The notes under the pieces are model-generated. The model was not told the DNA's origin, did not search any database, and was given only the letters and a program-made list of their open reading frames with translations. Of a DNA stretch of 64,000 nucleotides, positions 9,953 to 18,951 are shown one piece after another. The position numbers and the translations under genes are program-made. Source of the stretch: Dehalococcoidia bacterium (GTDB taxonomy: Bacteria; Chloroflexota; Dehalococcoidia; Bin125); NCBI GenBank assembly GCA_963663235.2, contig CAXXNO010000005.1, forward strand, positions 32,001-96,000. Reading direction: 5' to 3'. Every line of letters begins with the position of its first letter. Position 1 is the first letter of the stretch.

Positions 9953-11074
9953 GTGACCGTCGTGGATCCGCTCGCCCCCACCTGGGCCGAGGTGGACCTT
10001 GCGGCGGTGCGTGACAACGTCGCCACGCTCTGTCGCCTCGCCGACGGCGCGGAACTCATGGCCGTCGTCAAGGCGGACGGCTACGGCCACGGTGCGCTCC
10101 CTGTGGCGCAGGCGGCGCTTGCGGCGGGCGCAAAGAGGCTCGGCGTCGCTCGTGTCACTGAAGGACTGGCACTGCGGGCCGGGGGCGTGACCGCCCCGAT
10201 CCTCGTCCTCAGCATCGCCTTGCCCGCTGAGATCCCGAAGGCGGTTCGGGCGGATCTCACACTCACGCCCCACAACGTCGAGACGCTGGCCACCGCCGCG
10301 GCCGCCGCCCGAGCGCGGGGGCGGCCCGCGCCCGTGCACATCAAGGTGGATACGGGAATGGGGCGCTTCGGCCTGAGCCCGCCGGATGCAATGCGCATCG
10401 CGGCTCAAGCCGCCGCCGACCCCAATATTGAGCTAGAAGGCCTCTACAGCCACCTGGCCGCCGCCGACGAGCCGGACTGTGCTGTCAGCCGCGCTCAATT
10501 TGCGCGCTTCCGCCGGTTCGCCCAGGCTGTCGATCCTCACCACCAACTCGTCTGGCACGTGTGCAATACCGCCGCACTGCTCCGCTTCCCCGAGATGCAC
10601 CTCGGTATGGTGCGGCCTGGTATCGGGATCTACGGCCTGTCTCCCGCCCCCGGGCTGACCGCGGGCGTCGACTTGCGCCCCGCCATGGCGCTCAAGTCGG
10701 TGATCGCTCGAGTGTTCCGCCTGGAAACCGGTGACACGGTTGGGTACGGCGGTGCCTTCACCGCGCCGGCGCCGATGCGCGTTGCCACTGTGCCCTGTGG
10801 CTACGGCGACGGCTTGCCCCGGCTGCTGTCGAATCGTGGCGCGGCCTTAGTGCGTGGCTGCCCCTGCCCCGTGGTGGGTCGCGTCTCCATGGATCACTGC
10901 ACGCTCGATGTGTCCCAGGCGGGACCGGTCGCGGAAGGCGACGAAGTGGTGTTTTTCGGTCGCCAGGGAGACGCCACGATTCACGTCGGCGACGTCGCCG
11001 CGCTCGCCGAGACCATCCACTACGAAGTGGTCTCGGGAATCCTCGCCCGTGTGCCTCGCCGCTACCGCTCCTGA
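9953..11074 (+). CDS. alr: Alanine racemase
   Basis: TWAEVDL, AVVKADGYGHG (PLP lysine), HIKVDTGMGR, VRPGIGIYG, GYGDG, GRVSMD, TIHYEV. Confidence 0.96.
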   Translation: MTVVDPLAPTWAEVDLAAVRDNVATLCRLADGAELMAVVKADGYGHGALPVAQAALAAGAKRLGVARVTEGLALRAGGVTAPILVLSIALPAEIPKAVRADLTLTPHNVETLATAAAAARARGRPAPVHIKVDTGMGRFGLSPPDAMRIAAQAAADPNIELEGLYSHLAAADEPDCAVSRAQFARFRRFAQAVDPHHQLVWHVCNTAALLRFPEMHLGMVRPGIGIYGLSPAPGLTAGVDLRPAMALKSVIARVFRLETGDTVGYGGAFTAPAPMRVATVPCGYGDGLPRLLSNRGAALVRGCPCPVVGRVSMDHCTLDVSQAGPVAEGDEVVFFGRQGDATIHVGDVAALAETIHYEVVSGILARVPRRYRS

Positions 11075-11503
11075 CCAGGTCGATCCGTGAGCGCAGAAGG
11101 ATCCTGGCGGGCGCCAGGCTCCATCCGCTGGAGTCTCGCACGCTGATCCCACTCGGATTCGCGTCGGGATCCGCCAAGTGCAGGACGGATGGGCGCTCCG
11201 TGCTTGTCGGCCGCCAACCTCCCCTCCGCGCGAGACTCGAGCACGGAGCGCGGGCTGCACGTACCGTCTGACCGAGGGAACTCGTCGTCCGTTCTCGCAG
11301 GGACGGCCATTCTTCCGTCGCTCCTTCGCCGCACACGCGCACGGTGGTTGTCGCGAGCCCGGCTCCACCTCGGCGCCTCTCGTGCGGTCGTGCGGCGGCG
11401 AGGGGGCGCCGTATAATCGTCTGCGCTCTCCGGGACCGGGCGACGCCCTCGCGCCGATGTCGGGCGCCAGCAAAGGAGCGTCGCGCTGTCTCCCGTCGCC
11501 GAC

Positions 11504-12799
11504 ATGCGCCCATTCGCCTCGGTCCTACGCGGCCGCCGTCGGATCTACTACGGCTGGTGGCTGATCCTCGGCTCCATGGTGGCGGTGGGCATCCTCAGCG
11601 GCATCGCGATCTGGTCATTCACCCTGTTCGTGGAGCCGCTGGAGGTGGAGTTTGGCTGGTCGCGCGCGCAGGTAGTGTTGGGGGCGTCGCTCGCGGCGCT
11701 GACGGGTGGGGTGTCGTCGCCGTTCGTAGGGCGGTGGGTCGACGCGCAAGGACCGCGACGCGTAATTCTTGTCGGCGTCGTGTTGAGCGTCCTCAGCCTG
11801 ATCCTGCTGAGCACGACCAGCGCCCTCTGGCAGTGGTACCTGTACAACGGCGTGTTCGGCGTGGGGATCGCCGCCTCCTACTTCATCCCTTTTCAAGCGC
11901 TGGCATCTCGCTGGTTCGACCGGCGGCGCGGGATGGCGATCGGATTGCTTGGGGTGGGCATCGCCCTCGGCGGTCTGGGGATCGTCCTGGCCATGCGCGT
12001 GGTCATCGATGCGTTTGACTGGCGGGGTGGCTTCCTCTTCGGCGCCGCGCTGATGGGCGCCTACATGGTGCCGCTGACGCTGTGGTTGTTGCGCGACCGG
12101 CCCAGCGACGTGGGAGCGCGGATCGACGGGCAGCAGGTCCGAACCGACGAGGCCAGACGGGCCGTGCCGCTCACCGGCGTGGCGCTCTCACATGCGCTGC
12201 GCACGCCCCTGTTCTGGACGCTGACGCTGGCCATCGGGCTGTTCTTCTTCGGAGCGTTCGGCTGGGTGGTGCACGCCGTGCCCTACTACGAGTCCCGGGG
12301 AATCGGCACTGGACTGGCGGCGGGCCTGGTGGCCATCAGTCTTGCGGTCGGGGCCGGAGCGCGGTTGGCCGGGGGATGGATCGTCGACCGGAGCCAGAGC
12401 TTCGAGCGGCTAGCCATGGGCATGGCCGTGCTGGGCGGGCTGGCCATGCTGTCGCTACTGACGCTGCCCGGCTTCGTCGGCGTCGGCTTGTTCATCTTCC
12501 TCTGGGCATGCTCCAACGTGGGGCCATTCATGCTGGAGCCCGTGGCGATGAGCCGGGCGTTCGGCGTGCGGCACTTCGCCACCATCATCGGCGTGGTGAC
12601 CGTTCTGCGCACCGCGCTGCAACTCCTCGGCCCGCTGGTCGCCGGGATCATCTTCGATTCCACGGGGAAGTACGACTGGGCGCTGATCACGTTCATCGCC
12701 ATCTTCGGCGTCGCGGCCGCGCTCTTCTACGTCGCCGCGCGGCTCCGGCGGCCCGACTTCCCGCCTGCGCTCGGGGAGGGCGCACCCCAACATCGCTGA
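11504..12799 (+). CDS. MFS transporter (oxalate:formate/monocarboxylate-like)
   Basis: About 12 hydrophobic helices; YYGW, GRWVDAQGPRR motif A, RWFDRRRGMAIG. Confidence 0.9.
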   Translation: MRPFASVLRGRRRIYYGWWLILGSMVAVGILSGIAIWSFTLFVEPLEVEFGWSRAQVVLGASLAALTGGVSSPFVGRWVDAQGPRRVILVGVVLSVLSLILLSTTSALWQWYLYNGVFGVGIAASYFIPFQALASRWFDRRRGMAIGLLGVGIALGGLGIVLAMRVVIDAFDWRGGFLFGAALMGAYMVPLTLWLLRDRPSDVGARIDGQQVRTDEARRAVPLTGVALSHALRTPLFWTLTLAIGLFFFGAFGWVVHAVPYYESRGIGTGLAAGLVAISLAVGAGARLAGGWIVDRSQSFERLAMGMAVLGGLAMLSLLTLPGFVGVGLFIFLWACSNVGPFMLEPVAMSRAFGVRHFATIIGVVTVLRTALQLLGPLVAGIIFDSTGKYDWALITFIAIFGVAAALFYVAARLRRPDFPPALGEGAPQHR

Positions 12800-13025
12800 G
12801 CAGCAACGAACGGCCGCGACGCTAGACCAGCGGATGGGGCGTCGTGCCCCCTGAAGATGGACGGCGCGCTGCCAGCGCCCCTCCCCCCACCCAACGGCAC
12901 ATCGCACAGGAGCGTCCGCCATCCGCCATTCATTTGCGCGCTCCGGCGCACAACGCCCTTCGGATCACCACAGGCGCGCTCGTGTACGATTGAAGATGAG
13001 CAATCGGTGATGGAGGAGGTGGAGT

Positions 13026-13687
13026 GTGGCGGAAGCGGAATCCCTGGAAGCGAAGCTCGCGCAGATCCGCGCCGACGCGGAGAAGAATCTGCCGCGCGAA
13101 TATCAGGAAGGGGCCACGCGCCTGGTCCATGAGCTCGACGAGGCGGTCATCGCTGAGGCCGTCAACGTCGGCGACGAGGCGCCGGACTTCACCCTCGCCA
13201 GCGCACAAGGCCAACGCCACACGCTGACGGATGCGCTCCATCGCGGCCCGGTGGTGCTCAACTTCTACCGCGGCTTCTGGTGACCGTACTGCCGTACGGA
13301 GCTGCAAGGTTTGCAGCAAGTCTACGACGAGATCCAGGCGCTCGATGGCGTGATCTTCTCCATCGGGCCGGAGACGTTGAAGAACGCCGGCAAAATGCAA
13401 AAAGCACGGGCGCAACCAGCCCCGTGCTCCTCGATACTGACGGCGCCGTGATCCGGGCCTACAAGATCGGCTACGACGTCCCCGACTATCTCCGCTCCTT
13501 CTTCGAGGGCTGGAAGATCTCCTTACCGCAGTTGAACCCGGACACTGGCTGGCTCCTGCCCATCCCGGCGACGTATGTGATCGATCAGCAGAGCGTTGTC
13601 CAGATGCGGTACGCCAATTCGGACTACACGCGCCGGGTCGAGCCGGCCGAGGTGATCGCTACCTTGCGCCGCATTCAAGGCCGCTGA
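13026..13687 (+). CDS. Peroxiredoxin-like (AhpC/TSA) selenoprotein with UxxC; 1-nt frameshift at A-run 13399-13403
   Basis: VGDEAPDFTL...VVLNFYRGFW-TGA(13281)-PYCRTELQGLQ continues in frame, matching the family FYRGxWCPYC. The second ORF supplies LPIPATYVID...R.EP. Hairpin at 13301-13317. Confidence 0.85.
13301..13317 (+). promoter_or_regulatory. Putative bacterial SECIS element
   Basis: gctgcaa-ggt-ttgcagc, a 7-bp stem with a G-rich apical loop, starting 17 nt after the TGA. Confidence 0.7.
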
Positions 13688-13788
13688 GAACACCCCCGAC
13701 CGGACGGCAATGAGCCTGCTTGCGTGCCGCATTAGGTCGCCATCCGGCGACCATCGTGGTGCGTCGGCGAGGGGGCGCCGACCCGGAC

Positions 13789-15207
13789 TCAGGCCACGAT
13801 GGCAGGGCGGATCGCGCCGACCTGGGTGGCGGCCTCAAAGGCGTGGGCGAGTTGCAGGACCGCGAAGTCTGCCTGGTGCCGCCCGACGATCTGGAGGCCG
13901 ACCGGCAGCCCGTCCGCAGTGAACCCGGCGGGGACGGAGATGGCGGGGAGGCCGGTCACGGTGATGGCGTAGGTGAGCCCCAGCCAGTCGATGTAGGTCC
14001 CGAGCGGCTGCCCGTTGATTTCGCTGACGTAGCGCTGCCCAATCGGGAACGGCGGGACGCTGACAGCCGGAAGGACCAGGAACTCGTAACGCTCGAAGAA
14101 GCGCCGCACACGGTCGTAGAGCTGTGAGCGCTTGATTTCGGCCTGGGCCACCGTCAAGGCGTCGAGGGACAGCCCTTGCTCGATATTCCAGACCACGGTG
14201 TCTTTCAACAGGTCGCGGTGCTCCCGATAGGCCTGCTCGTACTGGCCGGCGAACGCCCAGGCGCGCAGCACCTGGAAGATCTCGTCGACATCGCTGAGGT
14301 CGGGCGCGGCCTCGTCGAGCAGGCAACCGAGTTCCTCAAAGACGGGGCGCTGGCGGTCGCAAACGGCTGTGACGGCCGAGTCGACGGGGTAACGGCTGAG
14401 GTCGCGGCTCCAGGCGATGCGGGCGCCCCGGAAGTCGCGTTCCAGGGGGGCGGCGAAGAGGCTGCCGGCTTCGCGGATGGCGATTGGAGAGCGCGGGTCG
14501 GGGCCGGCGAGGACGGAGAGTTGGAGAGCGACGTCTTCCACGACGCGCGCCATGGGACCTTGGACGCTGAGTGAACTCCAGGCCGTGGAGACTGGCCAGG
14601 TGGGGACCCTCCCGAGTGAGGGGCGGAAGCCGACGACGTTGCAGAAGCTCGCCGGGTTGCGCAGCGAGCCGCCCAGGTCGGAGCCGGATGCGAGGGGGAC
14701 CATGCCGCAGGCGAGCGCGACGGCAGAGCCGCCGCTGCTGCCACCGCAAGTCTTCGCGAGGTCGTACGGGTTGTGCGTCTCGCCGAAGAGGGTGTTGAAG
14801 GTCTGAGCGCCGGCGCCGAACTCGGGCGTATTGGTCTTGCCGACGACGATCGCTCCCGCGCTCCTGTAGCGCTCGACGATGAGGGCGTCCTGCTCGGGGA
14901 CATGGTCCCGATAGATGGGGGAGCCGTAGGTGGTGCGGATTCCGCGGGTGTCGACGAGATCCTTGATGCCCACGGGTAGGCCGTGGAGCGGCCCCGCTAT
15001 GCCGCCGCGCGCGAGGGACGTATCGGCCGCTTCGGCGGCGCAGAGCGCTTGCTCCGGGATCAGGGTGCAGAACGCGTTGACCTGGGCGTTAAGGCGTTCG
15101 ATCTGCGTGAGATGCGCCTCCATGACCTCGACGGCCGACAGTTCGCGTGCCTTCAGACGTCGCCCCAGTTCGGCCGCGGTGAGAAAGCAGAGATCTGGTG
15201 CAGTCAC
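13789..15207 (-). CDS. Amidase signature family protein
   Basis: GPLHGLPVGIKD, GKTNTPEF, GGSSGGSA, GSDLGGSLRNPAS, GLPVGLQ. Start probably GTG 15207. Confidence 0.93.
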   Translation of the reverse strand: MTAPDLCFLTAAELGRRLKARELSAVEVMEAHLTQIERLNAQVNAFCTLIPEQALCAAEAADTSLARGGIAGPLHGLPVGIKDLVDTRGIRTTYGSPIYRDHVPEQDALIVERYRSAGAIVVGKTNTPEFGAGAQTFNTLFGETHNPYDLAKTCGGSSGGSAVALACGMVPLASGSDLGGSLRNPASFCNVVGFRPSLGRVPTWPVSTAWSSLSVQGPMARVVEDVALQLSVLAGPDPRSPIAIREAGSLFAAPLERDFRGARIAWSRDLSRYPVDSAVTAVCDRQRPVFEELGCLLDEAAPDLSDVDEIFQVLRAWAFAGQYEQAYREHRDLLKDTVVWNIEQGLSLDALTVAQAEIKRSQLYDRVRRFFERYEFLVLPAVSVPPFPIGQRYVSEINGQPLGTYIDWLGLTYAITVTGLPAISVPAGFTADGLPVGLQIVGRHQADFAVLQLAHAFEAATQVGAIRPAIVA

Positions 15208-15412
15208 GTGGTTGATCCTGTTCCGTCCGGTCGGCGGCGATGTTAGCAGCCGACGAGACAATTGATAGCGCAAGGCATACCCACCTGATCGGGCCGTAGG
15301 GCCAAGCGGCGGCGCGACTCGCAGGCGACGTCTGTCACCCCCCACCTCGCTGCGGCGGGCGGTCCGTTCTGTTCTCGGCTCCGATGCGGAAGGAGTGCTC
15401 GTGCCCGATGGG

Positions 15413-15997
15413 CTATTCGATGGACAGGAGCTCGATCTCGAACGTCAGCGTTTCGCCTGCCAAGGGATGGTTGGCATCGACGCGGACGATGTCGTCCGTG
15501 ATCTCCACCACGGTACCCGCCGCGCCCCCGCCGAAGCTCACAGGGCCACCGACCTGCACGCCCGGCGGGGCCTGATCGAGTGGAACGTCGATGATGAGCG
15601 CGGGGTCGGGATCGCCATAGGCGTCGACGGGAGGAATCGCGACCGTAACGACGTCGCCGACACTCAGTCCAATCACGGCGGCATCGAAGCCGGCGATCAC
15701 CTGCCCAAGCCCGACGACGAAGGAGAACGGCGCGCCACGGTCGCGGCTGGAATCGAAGACATCACCGCCGTCGAGAGTGCCGTGGTAGAAGACGCTGTCG
15801 CCGGACTCGGCGCGCCGCCCGTTCGTCTCCTCGGGCGGCCCCTCTGCGGCGGGGGCTAGCTGGGCCGCGGGCGTCTCGGAGGGCAGTGCCGCTTGTGCAT
15901 CGGGGGCCGAGTCGGAAGATCCGCCGCAAGCCGCAGCGAAGACGACAACCACGGGGACTGCACTCAGCCCCCAACGCTTGCTGCTTAGTCGGAGCAT
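15413..15997 (-). CDS. Lipoprotein FKBP-type peptidyl-prolyl isomerase (SlyD/SlpA-like with insert-in-flap domain)
   Basis: Lipobox FAAAC; YHGTLDGGDVFDSS, GQVIAGFD, AYG, VDANHPLAGETLTF. Confidence 0.88.
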   Translation of the reverse strand: MLRLSSKRWGLSAVPVVVVFAAACGGSSDSAPDAQAALPSETPAAQLAPAAEGPPEETNGRRAESGDSVFYHGTLDGGDVFDSSRDRGAPFSFVVGLGQVIAGFDAAVIGLSVGDVVTVAIPPVDAYGDPDPALIIDVPLDQAPPGVQVGGPVSFGGGAAGTVVEITDDIVRVDANHPLAGETLTFEIELLSIE

Positions 15998-16291
15998 GAC
16001 GTTCCCTCTCCTGGCGCCCTCGGCGCGCTCTTCACCATCGTGACACGGTCGCCGCTGTCTGTCGTCCTCGCGGCCGCCGTTGAGAGAGAGGTCGTTTGGA
16101 CTGCGCCGGCGCGGGACGGCTGGCTGACGGTCGTGGCCGTGGGCTGGCCCGGGCGGGCAGAGCGCGCCACTCCCGTGTACGCTTCGTGACGGCGATGAGC
16201 GGGCGCCTTGGCCTGCGAGATCGCCGTCCAGCGGCCCCCGGCCGGATCGACGGCCGCTGTTGCCGCGACGACACCTGGGAGAGGAACATCG

Positions 16292-17308
16292 ATGGCTGGC
16301 CTGGGCATCAAATTTCCGGACACCGACTCGCTGCAAACCGAAGACGTGTTGGAGTGCGCCAAGGCGGCGGACGCCGCGGGCTTCGAGTCGCTGTGGATGT
16401 CGGACTACGCGTCGGGGGACGTCTTCGCCGTGCTCTCCGCCTGCGCCGTGGTCACCGAGCGGATCCAGCTCGGCACCGGCATCGCGGTGATCTTCAACCG
16501 CTCCCCCATCGCCATGGCGATGGGGGCGGCGTCGCTGGACACGATCTCGAAAGGGCGCACCATCCTGGGGCTGGGGCAAGGCCATCGCGCCATCGTCGAG
16601 GAGCAGATGGGTCTCACGTACGACCGGCCGCTGCGGCGGCTGCGCGAGTACACGGAGATCATCCGGGCGCTGCTCCGAGACGGGGAGGTCTCGTATCGGG
16701 GCGAGATCTTTTCGCTGGACTACAAGCCCTGGGTGCAGTTCTATCGGCAACGCATCCCCATCGTGCATCCGCCGCTGGTGCAGAAGAGCGCGCGGCGCGC
16801 GGGCGGCATCGCCGACGGCACCCTCTCGACTCTGGTGACGCCCGATCGCCTGCGCAACCTCATCCGCTGGATCGCGGACGGAGCACGGGAAGCCGGCCGC
16901 GATCCGGCCGAGGTGGAGATCGGCGCTTATCTATGGACGGTTGTGGCCCCCGACGCTGAGTCCCGTGACCGAGGCCGCCGGCTCATCAGGCAGCAGATCG
17001 CCTGGTACGCGGGCAACCTCCCCCTGTACGCGAACCTGGTGCGTGAGAGCGGCTTCAGCGAGAACGTGGACCGGGTCGCGGACCTGTGGCAGAGCGGCGA
17101 CCAGGACGCGGCCGTCGACGCTGTCGCGGACGGCCTCGTGGACGCCGTGGGCGTCGTGGGGGACCTGGATTACTGCCGCGCCCGCATCGATGAGTACCGC
17201 GCCGCCGGCCTGCAGCGACCGGTCATCTACCCGTTGCCGCTGAGCCCGCGCGAGACCAAGCACGCCTTCCTCAGCGCCGTCGAGATCCTGGACGGCGCGA
17301 GCGCCTGA
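16292..17308 (+). CDS. LLM-class flavin/F420-dependent oxidoreductase
   Basis: GFESLW, TERIQLGTGI, RSP, SLDTISKGRTILGLG; RBS GAGGA. Confidence 0.9.
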   Translation: MAGLGIKFPDTDSLQTEDVLECAKAADAAGFESLWMSDYASGDVFAVLSACAVVTERIQLGTGIAVIFNRSPIAMAMGAASLDTISKGRTILGLGQGHRAIVEEQMGLTYDRPLRRLREYTEIIRALLRDGEVSYRGEIFSLDYKPWVQFYRQRIPIVHPPLVQKSARRAGGIADGTLSTLVTPDRLRNLIRWIADGAREAGRDPAEVEIGAYLWTVVAPDAESRDRGRRLIRQQIAWYAGNLPLYANLVRESGFSENVDRVADLWQSGDQDAAVDAVADGLVDAVGVVGDLDYCRARIDEYRAAGLQRPVIYPLPLSPRETKHAFLSAVEILDGASA

Positions 17309-17395
17309 ACCTCAGTCGAGCCGATCACGCTCAGCCATCGTTGAGCGCGTTGGGCTCGCCGGGGTGCGCGTGAGAGACGCACGGCCGGAAGGGTG

Positions 17396-17869
17396 CTATG
17401 GCACCTCGGGTGGGGGGTCGATGTTGCTCTTGTCCGATGGCTCCTCACCATCCGTGACCCGATTGAACGTGACCATGAACTGCGAGGATTGCTTCACCCG
17501 CTCCACGGCCATCCGCGCAACGAGGGTGGTCAGCCCGCCCAGCGCCTTCCGCTGAGGCACGTCGGCGATGCTCACGACGGTCCATCCGTGCTCCGCCGCC
17601 GCCTCGATGCCGCGTCGCATCGACTCCTCGTCGGGGAACCCCTGCGTGTGCGTCGGTGCGCTGGCCTGCTCGAACCAACGCTCACGGCGCTCCCCCTCCC
17701 GGCGCCGCTCTTCGAGTTTGGCGTCCAGCCGAGCGCGGCCCTGCTTGCTTTGCTCCCTCGCGGCGGTGCGTGCTCGCTCCGCCATCTCTTCCGCCCGCGC
17801 CCGCGCCTCCGGTGCCCTCTCCTGTGCGATCTGCTTCGCCCGCTCCAGACGTTCGCGCCAGCTCGGCAT
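17396..17869 (-). CDS. Hypothetical protein, charged coiled-coil N-terminus
   Basis: GGAGG RBS upstream of ATG; 157 aa; no recognised family. Confidence 0.6.
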   Translation of the reverse strand: MPSWRERLERAKQIAQERAPEARARAEEMAERARTAAREQSKQGRARLDAKLEERRREGERRERWFEQASAPTHTQGFPDEESMRRGIEAAAEHGWTVVSIADVPQRKALGGLTTLVARMAVERVKQSSQFMVTFNRVTDGEEPSDKSNIDPPPEVP

Positions 17870-18144
17870 CGTTCTGTACCTCCACCGGGCGCTCCCGGCC
17901 TAACGGCCCGGATGATCCCCATCTGCGGATATGCAAGCGACCGCCGTAGGAAGACCGGCTTTGCATGCTACCACCGCCATTGCGGATCGACCTCCCCGCA
18001 CAGAAGGAGCGCCCCCGAAGTCGATGCTCGGCGCCGGGATCGTGCCGAGTGAGCGACGCCGCCGATCACGGATCACCGTCGAGAAGACGTAGCAGTCGCT
18101 GAGTTGGACGGAGGGCGGTAGAATGACCCGCACTGGAGGAGGAG

Positions 18145-18408
18145 ATGACGCCAATGAAAACCGATGGACTGGAGATCCGCGTCGAGTACTGCGCCACCTG
18201 AAACTACTTACCGCGAGCCCTCTGGATGATGGGCGAGATCATGACAGACATTCAGAACGACGTGAGAAGCGTGGTGCTCAACCCTGGCAGCGGCGGCGTC
18301 TTCGAATGGTCGGTGAATGGGGATCTGGTCTTTAGTAAGGCTTCGACCGGCCGCTACCCCGAGATGAAGGAGCTCAAAGAGCTCATCTACGCCAAGCTGG
18401 ATGCGTGA
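18145..18408 (+). CDS. Rdx (SelT/SelW/SelH) family selenoprotein, CxxU
   Basis: GGAGGAGG RBS; MTPMKTDGLEIRVEYCAT-TGA(18199)-NYLPRALW...PGSGGVFEWSVNGDLVFSK..GRYP, in frame with ORF 18226..18408. Confidence 0.9.
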
Positions 18409-18417
18409 GGGTGCGAC

Positions 18418-18951
18418 ATGAAATCGATGGTCCGAGTCCTCAACCCGGTGGGGCATGTCCGCGTCAAAGAAGTGCAGGCGGCCCTGCGGCCGCGGTCCTT
18501 GGCCAACCTTCGCCCGGGGATCCTGGAGAATCGCAAGGCCAACGCCCGCCTGCTGATGGAGACGATGGTTGATCGCCTGCGCCAGCGCATGCCGCTCGGG
18601 GAGCTCACCGTCGGGAGCAAGCCCGTCGCCGCGCCGCCGAGTCGCGCCACCCTCGATCGCCTCGTCGCCAACTGTGACTTCGTCCTCGTGGGGTCGAGTG
18701 ATTGAGGCTCCTGCACGGCGTGGAGTGTCCACGCCGCCATCCTGCTTGAGAGCCAAGGAATCCCGACCGTAACCGTCGGTACGGACGCCTTCGCAGAGTT
18801 GCTGCGGATGGAAGCGGAACAGCGCGGCATGCCCGATCTGCCGCACGTCCTCGTGCCGCATCCGCTCGGCGGCGTGAAAGAAGACGCGGTCCGCGCCAAG
18901 ACCGTGCCGGTGGTGGACGACCTCATCGACGCACTGACGAGCGCCGGGTGA
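18418..18951 (+). CDS. UGSC-family selenoprotein
   Basis: LVGSSD-TGA(18703)-GSCTAWSVHAAILLESQGIPTVTVGTDAF...VPHPLGG reads on to the stop at 18951, which overlaps the next GTG start. Confidence 0.9.
18716..18736 (+). promoter_or_regulatory. Putative bacterial SECIS element
   Basis: cggcgtgga-gtg-tccacgccg, a perfect 9-bp stem beginning 10 nt after the TGA. Confidence 0.7.

Noticed and set aside
11075-11500. Intergenic ORFs between alr and the MFS gene
   Set aside because: No coherent protein signal or convincing RNA motif in any frame
13280-13400. ORF 13280..13687 as an independent gene
   Set aside because: Its first ~40 codons are out of frame relative to the Prx-like sequence; only the part after the A-run is genuine
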